The notes: a model not told the origin generated them from the letters alone. Positions 42,455 to 58,412 are shown, counted from the stretch's first letter. The stretch: DNA of 64,000 nucleotides from Eledone cirrhosa (GCA_964016885.1 OZ024751.1:21576001-21640000), one strand, 5' to 3'. Made by a program: numbers and translations.

Positions 42455-43045
42455 CTTCTCACGGTTGTCCTCCTCCAATCTACAGTGCATACTCAGAGCA
42501 GGCCGGTTAACATGGACCATGCACGCCACTCTCGTCCACCTTTCGACAAATTTGTTGGGAGGTAACACTTCTCTCTTCACCTTATCACGGCCACCTTCAC
42601 CACTAAGGTAAGTGCCCTCTCCCAGTTGTATTTGTTCAATCTACAGGTATATACTCAGTTCACACGGAATATTCCCACCACTCACATCAACCTGTCAACA
42701 TATTTGTTGTAAGGCAGCACTTCTTCCTCAATTACATTTTCAAGTGAAACTTGAACAAGTCTATGAGGGTTTAACTAAAGAGGAAAGAGTCTGCCTTTAG
42801 CCCTTTTAATCTTGTCCATTACACAACCTCTTTCGTTTGGTCATCAGTCAGATAAAAACTGCCTGCCGTTCCTGGTGAAGGAAGATGGTGAGGCGATCTT
42901 CACAATGGGCTCGACTGATAGCCAGATCCGTCATTCACGTGTTAGCAGCTGTTCGTCATAATACCACAAGTTAGTAATGCTTGGCCACTGGATGTGTGCG
43001 TGTAGAACGACTTCGACGCTTTTGCGCATTTCGGGCAGACCCAAT
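42455..43045 (-). mobile_element. Older L1/Tx1-like fragment (interrupted) with zinc-knuckle remnant
   Basis: Minus strand CPKC..(frameshift)..EVVLHAHIQWPSITNLW, then KREVLPPNKFVERWTRVACMVHV, homologous to the 6233 family. Confidence 0.6.
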
Positions 43046-43049
43046 AATG

Positions 43050-43195
43050 GCTTTCTAATTTTTGACACAAGGCCAACAATTTAGGAAAAGAGGAGAAAGT
43101 CGATTATATCGACCCCAGTTACTTTACTGGTACTTTATTTTATCGACCCCGGAACGGTGAAAGGCAACGTCGACTTCGACGAGATTTGAACACAT
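43050..43195 (-). mobile_element. SINE fragment
   Basis: Main-family core. Confidence 0.82.
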
Positions 43196-44091
43196 ATTGT
43201 TTTTTCTTAGGAAATGTACTTGAGTATCAACTTGTTTTGTTGTGGAATTTCCCCACGTAAACAAAAAAAATCAATTTGAAAGTAGGTGTAAAGATCCTTC
43301 TTTTCTTTTTTCTTTTTCTTTTTCTTTTTCTTTTTCTTTTTCTTTTTCTTTTTCTTTTTCTTTTTCTTTTTCTTTTTCTTTTTTTCTTTTTTTTTCCTTA
43401 TTTCTATTCCTTCGTTTGTGTGTGAATTTTTTTTTTTTTTTTTTTTTTTTTTCTAGAAAGACGCCTCTTTTAAGTTAAAAAGGAAAAAAAATAGTTAAAA
43501 AAGGAGACAATTAAACACAAGATTAAGCAAAACTGCAGTACATTTTCTGAGTAGGAAAAATCTGAATGAATTCGGTACAGAGAAAAGAAAATGGAGAGAG
43601 AGGCGGGAGGGGAGGGGGGGGAGAAAAAGTGAAAGTCTGTGTTAGGGGGAGAGAAAGGTGGAGAAAGAGAGAGAGAGAGAGAAGCATTGAAGTTGGAGAA
43701 AGAGAGAGAAATACAGGGAAGAAAAAAGAAAAAAGAGGTAGTGTGTTAGGTTAAGAGAAAGGTATGGTAATTGAAGAGAGAAAGAAAGAAAAAGAGAGAG
43801 AAAAGGAAAGATAGACAGAGAAAGTGTGTAGGTGTATGTGTGTGCGCGCGCGTTTGTGTGTGTATGAAAAAGGGTGCGGAAGTTGAAGAGATAGAGAAAG
43901 ATACCGAAGTGCCTCCTCCTACATACCCGTGGTGATCCACCCACCCCTTTTATCCTTGGCTAACGAACCAAACAGACAAATAAGAGCAGAAATGAAATAC
44001 AATACAAAAAAGGTCTTGTGTACCTGAATCTTTTATTTTCTCTCTGATAACCAACACAGGAGTAAACCGTTTACATTAGTTTGCATATTAT

Positions 44092-44560
44092 TGTGGATTG
44101 GCAGTATCGGTAGAGGGTTGGACGCCATGCTTTCTAGCATAGTTACGTCCCTTTACGGTCTGTGTTCAAATCCCGCCGAGGTTAACTTTGCCTTTCATCC
44201 TTATGGGGTCGATAAAATAAAGTACCAGTAATGCACTGAGTAATTGCTGGCCTTGTGCCAAAAGTACAAACAATTATTACCATTACCATTATCACCACCA
44301 TCATTATCATCATCACCAGCATCATCACAATTATCATCATTATAAATTTCATCACTATTATCATCACCATTTCATCACCATTGGCAGTATCGGTAAAGGG
44401 TCGGACGCCATGCTTTCTAGCATAGTTACGTCCCTTTACAGTTTGAGTTCAAATCCCGCCGAAGTTAACTTTGCCTTTCATCCTTACGGGGTCGATAAAA
44501 TAAAGTACCAGTAATGTACTGGGTAATTGCTGGCCTTGTGCCTAGTAGAAACAATTATCA
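44092..44560 (+). mobile_element. Two SINE copies (44092-44280 and 44381-44560)
   Basis: TTGGCAGTATCGGTA...GTTCAAATCCCGCCGA.GTTAACTTTGCCTTTCATCC. Confidence 0.9.
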
Positions 44561-44612
44561 TTTGTATCTCTCTCTATATATATATATATATCTTTCTTTC
44601 TCTCTATTTCCT

Positions 44613-44712
<100 letters not shown>

Positions 44713-44840
44713 TCTTTCTCTCTTCCTCTCTTTCTTTCTTTAAGACTCTTGCACTCTCTCATTAACACACACTCTCTCTAACTCTCTCTAACTCTATGTC
44801 TCTTTCACTTTAACACTCTAATACCATCTCCCCTCTCTAC

Positions 44841-44892
<52 letters not shown>

Positions 44893-44919
44893 TTAACTAT
44901 CTATCTATCTATCTATCTC

Positions 44920-45280
44920 TCCGAAGAAGAAGAATCAGGATGGAGAGAGAGGTGCTGTACCCCAGCAAGTTTTATGAAAGGTGGGTGAAAGTGGCGAGAA
45001 TGGCCCGAGTGAATGGGCCTTCTCTCTATATCAGCCTGTAGGTTGAGGAAAAAGAGGAGGAGAGGAAAGGGGTACAACTCTTCGTACTCCTGGAGATGAG
45101 GGTTGCACATTTTTTCGGGGGTATGTGTTACCCATATGTAATGTCTCCCCCTATTGGGGAAAATCGATTAACTTTTAAATTGTATTTGTGATAGTATTTT
45201 ACACGTTTTTATTGTATGTAAACTGCCCCCTTTGTATTTGTCCCCTTCTTTTGTGCCCCTGTGGCTAATAAAGAAACATA
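44920..45280 (+). mobile_element. L1/Tx1-like 3' fragment within (CTAT)n
   Basis: RRRIRMEREVLYPSKFYERWVKVARMARVNGPSLYISL*; ends GGCTAATAAAGAAA then TATCTATCT; preceded by (CTAT)n. Confidence 0.75.
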
Positions 45281-45619
45281 TCTATCTCTCCGGCTGTGCA
45301 CTTTTTCTATCTCATTCTCTTAATATTTTCATTCATGATTTTCAAATGATAATTTAGCAAAGCTCACCCATTCCGGGTGGATCTGAAGTGATGGGTGAAA
45401 ACAAAAGTCAAGAGAACCACATAAAGAACAACAACAACAACAACTACTACTACAACAACAGCAGCAGCAGCAACAGCAACAACAACAACTACAACAACAG
45501 CAGCAGCAACAGCAACAGTAACAACATCAACAGCAACAGCAACAGCAACAACAACAGTAGCAATATCAACAACAACAGTAACACGTAATAGAGTAATAGA
45601 GTAACAGCAACAGCATCAA

Positions 45620-45732
<113 letters not shown>

Positions 45733-46044
45733 ACAACAACAACATCAACATTCACAAAACCTTCTAGGTAGAAACTGTAGCTGAATTTCCTTCAAGTCAC
45801 ATCCAACAAGAAAATCATAACCTGCAAGAAATAACAGCCATATGTCCCTCAAAATAATGAAGAGAGACATGATGGTCAAGGATGGAATTCCTTTCATTGT
45901 CGATCTTCCCAGTCAGGATTGCCCTGGGACTAAACAACAATAACTATGACAAAGAAACAAAATAAAACTGACAATAAATAAATAAAACATTTTTTCATTT
46001 CGTACTTTTACTATTTCGCCACTCCCACCCCACCCACTTTATTT

Positions 46045-46084
46045 TGTTTCCGATGAATGACCGACGTCCGAAACGTCAAAAACA
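46045..46084 (+). ncRNA. Degenerate minimal hammerhead motif
   Basis: CCGATGA (U4>C)-atGAC/cgac/GTCc-GAAA-CG-TC-aaa; weak stem I. Confidence 0.4.
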
Positions 46085-46949
46085 TTTCCATTTCTCTGAG
46101 CGCGAATATATACCATGCATACGTACATACATACATACAGTATGTTTAAGTGTGTATGTATGTAATTGCGTACGTACGCATGTACGTACGTATGTACGTA
46201 CGTAAGTGTATATGTATGTATATATATGTATATGTGTGTGTGTGTGTGTGTGCACGTACGCATGAATGTATATATATGTATGTATGTATGTACGTTGAAA
46301 CATGCACTCGGATGCCATCTTGAAGTCTCTCGTCTGCTTCCTCTCTCATCTGTTAATTAACATCTTTCTAACCATCTGCCCATCTATCTATCTGCCTATC
46401 TATCCCTCAATATATCTACGTCTGTGAGTTTACTTTTCCTATTTCTCTCCACATCGAACGCCACCCACACCGGATAAACAGACATTTTTTTTTTTTCATA
46501 TATCTTTTCTGTTGTTATATTTTTTCTTTAACTACGTTTTATTATTTTTTTTCACGTATATTTTATTACTTCGTTCATTTATTTATTTATTTGCTATCAT
46601 CATCGTATATATTCATTCAATTTTAAACCTATTTTCTCCTCTTCTTATCCCATATAACCTGAGAATTACCTTATCACGTACTATAATCCCCTTCTTTCGT
46701 TCTTCCTTTCTTTCTTTCATTCATTTTTTTTTTCTTTTCGTTTCGTTCTGTTTTGTCTGTTTTATTTTATTTTATTATACTTTAGTCTACTTATTGCTTT
46801 GTCGTCTGCCTCTCATTCTCTGTCTGTCTGCACTCTGATCGCCATATCGTCAGTCAGTATATCTAGCCATCCATCCATTCAAATATCTAACTATATATCT
46901 CTTTTCTCGTTTCTTTCTTTCCTTTCTTACAAATAAAAACTTGTCTCAC

Positions 46950-47049
<100 letters not shown>

Positions 47050-47225
47050 CTAACTATCTGTATGTCTGTCTATCTAGTAACTTCCTCTCTAAATTTACAC
47101 AAAATAAAATGCCACCTACGCAGGCCCACCTCGAGATCACGACTGCCTATCTATCAATCTATCTATTTATCTGACTAGCTACCTATACACCTGTATACCT
47201 ATTTATCTATCTACCTGTATGTCTG

Positions 47226-47292
<67 letters not shown>

Positions 47293-47422
47293 CTGACTGT
47301 CTAGCTGCCTGTCTGTGTGTTTGTCACACGATATCAAAATGAAAGTGGAGGCGCGCGCCTCCACTTTCATCATCCTCTTTTGCGCATCACTTCACTGCTT
47401 CTTAGGTGGACAGGTACATAAC

Positions 47423-47495
<73 letters not shown>

Positions 47496-47679
47496 ACACA
47501 CACATTCCCACACACAATTGCACAAATACTCTCCCACAATACTGACAGCCCAATTTCACACACACTCACACACTCACACACACACACACACACACACGCG
47601 CGCACACACGCACATGCACACGCACACACACTCACACACACTTGCGTGCAGGCATACACTCCGACACACGTGTACACAG

Positions 47680-47720
<41 letters not shown>

Positions 47721-47722
47721 AT

Positions 47723-47772
<50 letters not shown>

Positions 47773-48005
47773 ATGCACACGTAAATCAAGCTCATTCATA
47801 AGAGAAGGCTCGTTGTTGGAAGGTGAAACTAGACAAAAAAAAAGAGAATTGTGGTGCTTGTAGGTGGTGGTGGTGGTGGTGGTGGTGGTGGTGGTGGTGG
47901 TGGTAGTAGTGGAGGTGGTGGTGGTAGTGGAGGTGGTGGTGGTGGTGGAGGTGGTGGTAGTAGTGGAGGTGGTGGTGGTCAGACAGACATGTGCATGACA
48001 GATTC

Positions 48006-48088
<83 letters not shown>

Positions 48089-48113
48089 CAATAGCAGCAG
48101 CAGCAGCAGCAAC

Positions 48114-48162
<49 letters not shown>

Positions 48163-48212
48163 ATAGTAGTAGTAGCAGCAGCAGCATTAGTAGTAGTAGT
48201 AGTAGTAGTAGC

Positions 48213-48267
<55 letters not shown>

Positions 48268-48322
48268 ACAATAGCAGCAGCAGCAACAGTAGTAGTAGTA
48301 GTAGTAGTAGCAGCAGCAGTAT

Positions 48323-48387
<65 letters not shown>

Positions 48388-48897
48388 TGAAACAAACATA
48401 CGAAGACGGGCACATTGATTGGTGTTGTTTAACCCAGGTCAACCCTGATTGGGCAGAACTATCATTGAAAATCTTCTTGTTATGGCCATCTCATTTTTTT
48501 GCTGGAGATTCAACTGCAGTTTCCAGCAGGTCGAGCGATCACGTAGAAGGCCCTCATGTTGGTTCAGAAAGACGCTAGTTGATGATGATGATGATTGATT
48601 GAGTGATTGATGATAATGATGATGATGATGATGATGATGGTATCGTTGTTGTTATCGTTTTTGTTTAGCCCTATGTCTGCCTTATGGTTGGTGATGCTGG
48701 TATTGTATGGTTTGTACCACTCACCGAAGAAGACTAATAATACGTAAGCTGTTGACCGTATGCTTAGGGGTGGGAGCCGATCTATAATAGATCTAGCTTT
48801 CCAATTGAGGAATATAATGCTCGTGGCGACATGTTGCTGTTGTTGTTGCTGTAAGTATCACTATGTACGGGTCCATAGCTTCAACCGCCTGCCTGAG

Positions 48898-49220
48898 ACT
48901 TACAAACTTAAAACTTTCAAAACTTCAAACTTAAAGCTTAAAACTTAAAACTTAAAACTTTCAAACTAAAACTTACAAACTTAAAACTTTCAAACTAAAA
49001 CTTACAAACTTAAAACTTTCAAACTAAAACTTACAAACTTAAAACTTTCAAACTAAAACTTACAAACTTAAAACTTTCAAACTAAAACTTACAAACTTAA
49101 AACTTTCAAACTAAAACTTACAAACTTAAAACTTTCAAACTAAAACTTACAAACTTAAAACTTTCAAACTAAAACTTACAAACTTAAAACCTTCAAAACA
49201 TAAAACTTAAAAACTTTAAA
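48898..49220. repeat. 29-bp minisatellite CAAACTAAAACTTACAAACTTAAAACTTT
   Basis: Period 29 (48962, 48991 and onward). Confidence 0.95.
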
Positions 49221-50049
49221 AAAGTTGGTGATATTCAAAATTAACCAGTGGCATAACTAAATTGTGTTCCACCAGACACCAACCCATCACCACTGCGACC
49301 TCCAACGAAAAATATAAGTATTTTGATTGCAGGTTTATACGACAGATCTAAATGGTCCGCCCCCCATAAATGTGTCGCCCAGAGCAGTATTTTCCCAGTA
49401 ACTATGGTATATTCTGATCGTTCGAATTTACCCCTAAAGTTCCGGTCTTGTTACTCGTCTCACAGGAAGACCGTTTTCTCCTGACCAGTTCAACAACAAG
49501 TCCGCAGTAAATGACCGCTGCCAACAGCTCGTCTTTTACAAACTCTCGAGCAATGCTCTACAGGTTTACTACACACCATTTTCCAATTTGAAATTTAATG
49601 TTTATGTTTGTTTCTGTGTTTATACCTAGCAATTCGACAAACAGAAATCGATAAAATAAGTACCAGACTTGGAAAAATAATTACTGGGGTCGATATGATT
49701 GACTAAATCCCATTAGGGTCGCAGTCTAGTATAGTAACTGAAACCAATAATGTGTGTGTGTTTGCAGTTGTGTGTATGTGTGAGTGTGCACCTACATACA
49801 CATACAAACGCACACGAGCACGCGCATGCGCACACATATTTTCGTGCATATGCATACCCTTATAAGGTATCTTATGTACTGATAAGTGATTTAGTGCAGA
49901 GAAGGAAAATGAAAAAGAAGAAAAGAAAAAAAATCAATTATTTTGAATACATCAGACCACACACACGCATCGCAAACATACACACATACACACACATACA
50001 TACACACACACATATATGAAGAAAAACACATACACACACGCACACACGC

Positions 50050-50179
<130 letters not shown>

Positions 50180-50539
50180 GATCGTATAGGTACATCTTTT
50201 AATTTTTCAATACTTTGGGAGAGAAACTTGAATGACAAATATATAATTATGTCACCTGACCAGTACCTGGATGAAAATTGACCGTGGTAGGAAGAGGAGG
50301 AGACGGAGGAGGAGGGTGATGATGTGGAGACAGAAAGGGATACAAATACCCTACCTGCTAACCAGCTAACCAGCCCACCAACACCAACGAATTGCCCCCA
50401 TCCCCACCCTTACCATCACTACCAACACCACCACCACAGCCACCACAACCACAATCACCCCTACCATCGTTACCAACACCAACCGATGTCTTCCCCCACC
50501 CACGCCGCAACCACCACTACCACCGCAGCCACAATCATC

Positions 50540-51965
50540 ACTACCATTGCTACCACCATCGCTACCAACCAACCATCGCTACCAACCAACCATCGCTACC
50601 AACCAATCATCGCTACCAACCAATCATCGCTACCAACCAACCATGGCTACCAACCAACCATCGCTACCAACCAACCATCACTACCATTGCTACCACCATC
50701 GCTACCAACCAACCATCGCTACCAACCAACCATCGCTACCAACCAACCATGGCTACCAACCACCATCGCTACCAACCAACCATGGCTACCAACCAACCAT
50801 CGCTACCAACCATCACTACCATTGCTACCATCATCGCTACCAACCAACCATCGCTACCAACCAACCATCGCTACCAACCAACCATCACTACCATTGCTAC
50901 CACCATCGCTACCAACTAATCATCGCTACCAACCAACCATCGCTACCAACCAACCATCACTACCATTGCTACCACCATCGCTACCAACCAACCATCGCTA
51001 CCAACCAATCATCGCTACCAACCAATCATCGCTACCAACCAACCATCGCTACCAACCAACCATCGCTACCAACCAACCATCGCTACCAACCAACCATCAC
51101 TACCATTGCTACCACCATCGCTACCAACCAACCATCGCTACCAACCAACCATCGCTACCAACCAACCATCGCTACCAACCAACCATCGCTACCAACCAAC
51201 CATCACTACCATTGCTACCACCATCGCTACCAACCAACCATCGCTACCAACCAACCATCGCTACCAACCAACCATCGCTACCAACCAACCATGGCTACCA
51301 ACCAACCATCGCTACCAACCATCACTACCATTGCTACCACCATCGCTACCAACCAACCATCGCTACCAACCAACCATCACTACCATTGCTACCACCATCG
51401 CTACCAACCAACCATCGCTATCAACCAACCATCGCTACCAACCAACCATCGCTACCAACCAACCATCGCTACCAACCAACCATGGCTACCAACCAACCAT
51501 CACTACCATTGCTACCACCATCGCTACCACCATCGCTACCAACCAACCATCGCTACCAACCAACCATCGCTACCAACCAACCATCACTACCATTGCTACC
51601 ACCATCGCTACCAACCAACCATCGCTATCAACCAACCATCGCTACCAACCAACCATCGCTACCAACCAACCATCGCTATCAACCAACCATCGCTACCAAC
51701 CAACCATCGCTACCAACCAACCATCGCTACCAACCAACCATCACTACCATTGCTACCACCATCGCTACCAACCAACCATCGCTACCAACCAACCATCGCT
51801 ACCAACCAACCATCGCTACCAACCAACCATCGCTACCAACCAACCATCACTACCATTGCTACCACCATCGCTACCAACCAACCATCGCTATCAACCAACC
51901 ATCGCTACCAACCAACCATCGCTACCAACCAACCATCGCTATCAACCATCGCTACCAACCAACCA
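50540..51965. repeat. 17-bp minisatellite ACCAACCAACCATCGCT with interspersed CACTACCATTGCTACCACCATCG cassette
   Basis: Direct reading. Confidence 0.95.
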
Positions 51966-52540
51966 TCCATCACAATCACCCTCACAACGACCACCACCAC
52001 TACAGCCACATTCCAAATCACCCCAACAACAACAACAAAAACACTAATAACTGGGTGGGAAACCAACAAACAAAGAGCGATAACAAGGACAACGATGACG
52101 ACAATGAGAATAATGGTGACTGCAGCTATAACAATTTACAACAAACAAAACATGAACGTCTGCTTTCTTTGAAATAAATAACAAGCAGTAACTACAACAT
52201 AAACCTCAAGGAACAGGGTCCATCCTTACTAAAACATCAGTGATAAACACGCTTGTTTGTTTCTTGTCCCTTTTTTCAGTGTTATATTTTTTGTTTGGTT
52301 TCAATGTTCCTTTAAATTGTACTCTTTTTATTGAGCTTTTTATACACCCCCCCCCCCCCCACACACACACACAATTCCCACCATCCTCTTTCCGTATCCT
52401 TCATTTACTCTAGGACTATCTCTCTATTTGTTTGTATCCATCTATCTATCTGTCTCTCAGTCTACCTCTCCATCTGTCTATTTGTCTGTCTCTATCAAGA
52501 ATACACACACACATGAGTAAATAAGATTATATATATATAT

Positions 52541-52620
<80 letters not shown>

Positions 52621-53559
52621 ATGTGTGTATATATGTTTATATGTTTGTGTGTGTATATTATGTATGTATGTTTATATGTATGTATGTACGTATGTATTTA
52701 TGTATGTTTGTGTGTGCGCGTGCGAGTATCTTGTTTTCCTTCAGATCACTTTGTGTGGTAGGTGATTATCGGAGGTGTTAGTGATTGTATTTGAGTCAGA
52801 GGGGGGTACCCCAATAATGTAGACTATAGGTAGGTAGGTAGGTAGGTAGGTAGGTAGGTAGGTAGGTAGGTAGGTAGGTAGGTTGGTTGGTTGGTTAGTT
52901 GGGGCGGGGTCCTATGGGACGGTACATAACGAATGATAGGGTTGAGAGGTCCGTGGGTGGTAAAAGATGAAAAGTAGGTGGGTTAAGTGGGTGCTGTTGG
53001 TAATACGTTGGTGGTAGAAAGGTGTGGCGGGGATTTAGAGGTGTGGGATGGAGAAAGTCGGACCCATCTAGCCGTGAAAGTGAAGGAAAGTCATGGATAG
53101 AGATAAGTAGATAGGTAGATATTTAGTTAGAGAGGTATGGGGGTAGGTAGACAGGAAGGTAAGTATATGAGTAGGTGGGTGGCTAGATATGTATGTACGT
53201 ATGTAGCAGACAGATAGATAGGTAGGAAGACAGACAGACAGGTAGGTAGGTAGGTAGGTAGGTAGGTAGGTAGGTAGGTAGGTAGGTAGGTAGGTAGGTA
53301 GGTAGGTAGGTAGACTATTATGCAGGTAAATACAAAGACGGGGTAGAAAGGAGCCATATTGCGGTAGGTAAGATCTGCCTCTATTGGACGCAATTGTCTG
53401 TCTGTACGTATCACATTTTTGATGTTCTCTGAGTCTACCACCACCACTAACGCTACCACCACCATCACCAGATACCCTCCCCCATCATCGTCAGACCACC
53501 ATCCCATCCCTATCATCATCATTACCATCTGACCGCCGTCACCACCACCAACTACACCG

Positions 53560-55380
53560 CCACCAACATCTCCACCAACAACAACCACCAACAACAACAA
53601 CAACAATCATCACCAACAACAACAACCACCACCAACAACAACAACAACCACAAACAACAACAACAACCACAAACAACAACAACAACCAACTCCACCACCA
53701 ACAACTCCATCACCAACAACAATAACCACCAACTCCACCACCAACAACTCCACCACCAACAACTCCATCACCAACAACAATAACCACCAACTCCACCACC
53801 AACAACTCCATCACCAACAACAATAACCACCAACTCCACCACGAACAACTCCACCACCAACTCCACCACCAACAATTCCACCACCACCAACAACAACAAC
53901 AGCCATCACCACCACCACCAACTCCACCACCACCACACCACCACCACCACCACCACCACCACCACCACCACCACCACCACCACCACCAACTCCACCACCA
54001 CCACCACCACCACCACCACCACCACCACCACCACCACCACCACCACCACCACCACCACCACCACCACCACCACCACCACCACCAACTCCACCACCACCAC
54101 CACCACCACCACCACCACCACCACCACCACCAACACCCACCACCACCACCACCCACCACCAACACCACCACACCAACACCACCACCACCACCACCACCAC
54201 CACCACCACCACCACCACCACCACCACCACCACCACCACCACCACCACCACCACCACCACCACCACCACCAACTCCACCACCACCACCACCACCACCACC
54301 ACCACCACCACCACCACCACCACCACCACCACCACCACCACCACCACCACCACCAACACCACCACCACCACCACCACCACCACCACCACCACCACCACCA
54401 CCACCACCACCACCAACACCACCACCACCACCACCACCACCACCAACACCACCACCACCAACACCACCACCAACTCCACCACCACACCACCACCACCACC
54501 ACCACCACCACCACCACCACCACCACCACCACCACCACCACCACCACCAACTCCACCACCACCACCACCACCACCACCACCACCCACCACCACCACCACC
54601 ACCACCACCACCAACTCCACCACCACCACCACCACCACCACCACCACTACCACCACCACCTCCACCACCTCCACCACCACCACCACCACCACCACCACCA
54701 CCACCACCACCACCACCACCACCACCAACTCCACCACCACCAACCACCACCACCACCACCACCACCACCACCACCACCACCACCACCACCACCACCACCA
54801 CCAACACCACCACCACCACCACCACCACCACCAACACCACCACCACCAACACACCACCAACTCCACCACCACCACCACCACCACCACCACCACCACCACC
54901 ACCACCACCACCACCACCACCACCAACTCCACCACCACCACCACCACCACCACCACCACCACCACCACCACCACCACCACCAACTCCACCACCACCACCA
55001 CCACCACCACCACCACCACCACCACCACCACCACCACCACCACCACCACCACCAACTCCACCACCACCACCACCACCACCACCACCACCACCACCACCAA
55101 CTCCACCACCACCACCAATCCACCACCACCACCACCACCACCACCACCACCACCACCACACCACCACCACACACACCGCCACCAACACCACCACCACCAC
55201 CACCACCACCACCACCACCACCACCACCACCACCACCAACACCGCCACCACCAACACCACCACCACCACCACCACCACCACCACCACCACCACCATCACC
55301 ACAACCACCACCACCACCACCACCACCACCACCACCACCACCACCACCACCACCACCACCACCACCACCACCACCACCAA
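53560..55380. repeat. Long (CCA)n / (CAA)n tract with ACTCC interruptions
   Basis: Direct reading. Confidence 0.95.
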
Positions 55381-56180
55381 CTTTCATCATTTCATTCGTC
55401 TTTCAATTTATATTTATTTTCTTATCTTAGTTTTTATTCTATTTTCATTCCTTTTTTTCTGCGTTCATTCAAAAAAACTCTTTAAAGTGTTTTTATCATT
55501 GTTGTTGTTACTGTTGTGGCCTGAGTCTATGGTTGGAAATCATTCAATTAGTCAGAGAGAGAATAAGAGATGAACGGAGAGAGAGGGAAGGGGTGGTAAG
55601 AGAGAGAAAAAGAGAGAGACGACGAGCGAGAGGGAGAGAGAGAGGGCCAGACAGACCGAAAGAGAGAGCGAGAGACAGAGAGAGAAAGAGGAGAAGAGAG
55701 CCAGGTAAACAGAGAGAGGGAGGGACAGAGACAGAGAGATAGGAGAGAGAGAGCCAGACAGAGAGAGAAGAGAGCCAGACAGAGAGAGATAGAGATAGTT
55801 AGAGAAAGAGAGAGATGAACAGATGAGATAGAGATGAATAGAGAGGGAGAGAGAGGGACAAGGGTAGATAGAGAGAGAGAGGGGGTATAGGCACTGACAG
55901 AGAGAGAGGGAGAAAAGAAGAGAGAGAAAGAGAGCCAGACAGAGAGAGAAACAGACATACAGGAAAACCTTTTGCACCTCACTATTGTCCCGAAACACAC
56001 CTTGTTGTTATTGTTGTTATTATTGTGCTGTTAATGTTGTTGTTATCGCCTTCCTCTTTAAGTTGTTTTGAAATAATAAAAGAATGAAAGAAAGCCAGAC
56101 CGACAGATAAATCAAAGGTTCCGAATAAGGGAGACGGTGATGTTTAATATCGTTTTAGATCTAACTTAATTGAATTTCCT

Positions 56181-56232
<52 letters not shown>

Positions 56233-57899
56233 GGGGGGGGGGAGAATGGAAAACGAAAAATCAGTGACGCATCGGAACTCAATTTATTGTGTGTTACAAT
56301 TGTTTCCCCGGCGAACGGCGGCTGAAGGTGCGATCCGTGTGTGGATCTACCTGACTCTAGACTCGCAGGTTCCTCGGACATGTCTATTGATTTCGGATCA
56401 TATCCTCTTTTTGGGGTTTTCTGACCCTACGGGTCTAGATCGTCCACCTTCATCCGCTTTGCGATGATAGGTGGTGGGGGCCAGGCATAATTGAATATTT
56501 ATGATATTTGTGCTGTGTACTCGTGAGGTCTCGCGTTCGATCCTACTACGTTACCACCTTGGACTGTGTATTGCAGCAACATCTAAAAGATTGGGTCGAG
56601 GTTTAAATGCCTGGCGGTGGATTTGGCAGAATCGTTACAGCGTCAGACACAATATCTCAATACATAAAATAAAAAGAGTGTGTAGGTTTTATTACAAGCT
56701 GGAACTACTTTCTAGAATATATATTCATTGTCTGGTAATAAAATTTCCTAATCAGTTGGTAGTTCTAAATTCCTTAATAAATCACAATGAAAGTAACTAC
56801 AAGAATTCAATAATTTATTTCTTTTTAATTCTAAAAGATTACAATAGAATGTTATATTTTTTCCAAAATGCAGATATGGTACTTTCTGTAACCATTGATG
56901 CAAAGATACGTGATGTTTATAATATAAATATATATTTGTACAGAAACAGCACAGGGTTGAACCGAGAAGCAAAAATATTTGAAAACATGGTCGAGATATG
57001 ATTGGATAGCAGAACATCGAAATTTGATTGATGGCTCAAATTTAGTTACCCAATTTTTGTATTTTATAAATGATATTATAATAAAATCTAAATATAATAT
57101 TCTTATAGTATTTTTAACTGTTCTTATACGAACATATGCAATCGCTTTTTTCAAATAAGGGACGCTGCATCCCTGATTAAAATATGTTTATGTTTTATTT
57201 TTTTTAATTAAATAATATGCCCCAGCATCACCATAGCCGACTTCTCTGAGCCAATAGTAATAACAATAATAATTGTTTCTACTTTTGGCACAAGGCCACC
57301 AATTATCCCAGTGTATTACTGGTACTTTATTTTATCGACAATAATAATAACAATATTAAAGAAACAAACAAATAAACAAACAAATAAATAAATAAAACAA
57401 CCAAAGAATTTAGCAGTTCTAAAAAAATGATATTTAGCAGAATGTCATGTCTGGAAAGGTTAGGATTTTCGTAATAAAAGTAAGGTTTGTTTGTTGTTTA
57501 TTTCCCCTAATCCCACCCCATCCCTCCATCCCCATTTGGCAGGGAAGGGTGGTGAACATCCTAATTTCATTGGTTCAATTTCACCAATGATGTCATTTGT
57601 GATATTTTAAAATTGAAAAAAAAAAAAAAGTTTTAATCGTTCGGACAGATGACAAAAACTAATTATTGTTTTTATTTACATCAAAGTCAGACGTGATCAA
57701 GAACTGAAATTTCAGATAAGACCATTCCCCCAGACAGTGAACTAAGAGTCACATTTTCATTGTATTTATTTATTCCATTTGTTAGTTCCATTTGTTAGTT
57801 ATTTTGGGCTTGGCTTGGGCTTCGTTTAGTGTCTAAAGTTAAGAAAAAAAGAACCTCTAATCGTCGGATAGAGAGATCGGTACCTAGTTAATCTTCCTT

Positions 57900-58190
57900 T
57901 TGAACGGTTAATTACAAGATGACGGCTGCAGGAAAATAAATGGACAGGAAGTGAATTACAAGGAGGAGGGGGAAACGTTCTGGTGAGGAAGGACAAGAGG
58001 CAAGACGAGTGAATCTGCAGAGCCTGGTGGATATGGCATGAAAAGAGTGAGTCTGGAAGCTAGCCAGGAGCAAATGCCACTGTAGTATCAGTCAGTAGAC
58101 ACAGAGAGGATACAGCAGGACTACCGGTGAGAAGTTGTAGTGTGTCGACGAGAAACGCTCGTGCCAAATAATTGGGTGGCCTTTTGGCGG
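57900..58190 (-). mobile_element. Highly decayed L2/CR1/Jockey-group LINE 3' fragment
   Basis: Minus: LQLL....AVSSLCL..(frameshift) RYYSGICS..., NSLPVHLF; resembles the SLFYRY..G.CS / WNSLP motifs. Confidence 0.5.
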
Positions 58191-58222
58191 GGAGGGGTAT
58201 GTGGTCTGGTGCGCATGTATGT

Positions 58223-58412
58223 TGGTAGATTGGCAGTGTCGGCAGAGCGTCGGGCAACAAACATTGCGGCATATAGTTGCATCCCTTTTACGTTCTGAGT
58301 TCAAATCCCACCGAGGTTACGAGTAATAAGGTACGAGGAACGTACAGGGGGTCGATTTAAGTGACTTTACTCCTCTAAACATTGTTGGCCTTGTGCCTAA
58401 ATCAGAAATCGT
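58223..58412 (+). mobile_element. SINE (main family, internally deleted)
   Basis: TTGGCAGTGTCGGCAGAGCGTCGG...GAGTTCAAATCCCACCGAGG...GGCCTTGTGCC. Confidence 0.8.

Noticed and set aside
53710-55390. Long V/G/W ORFs
   Set aside because: (CCA)n microsatellite
56280-56310. Minus-strand GAAA-CAATTG-TA-acacac-AATAAA
   Set aside because: Only a hammerhead 3' half; no matching CUGANGA and stem I found, so not listed as a ribozyme feature
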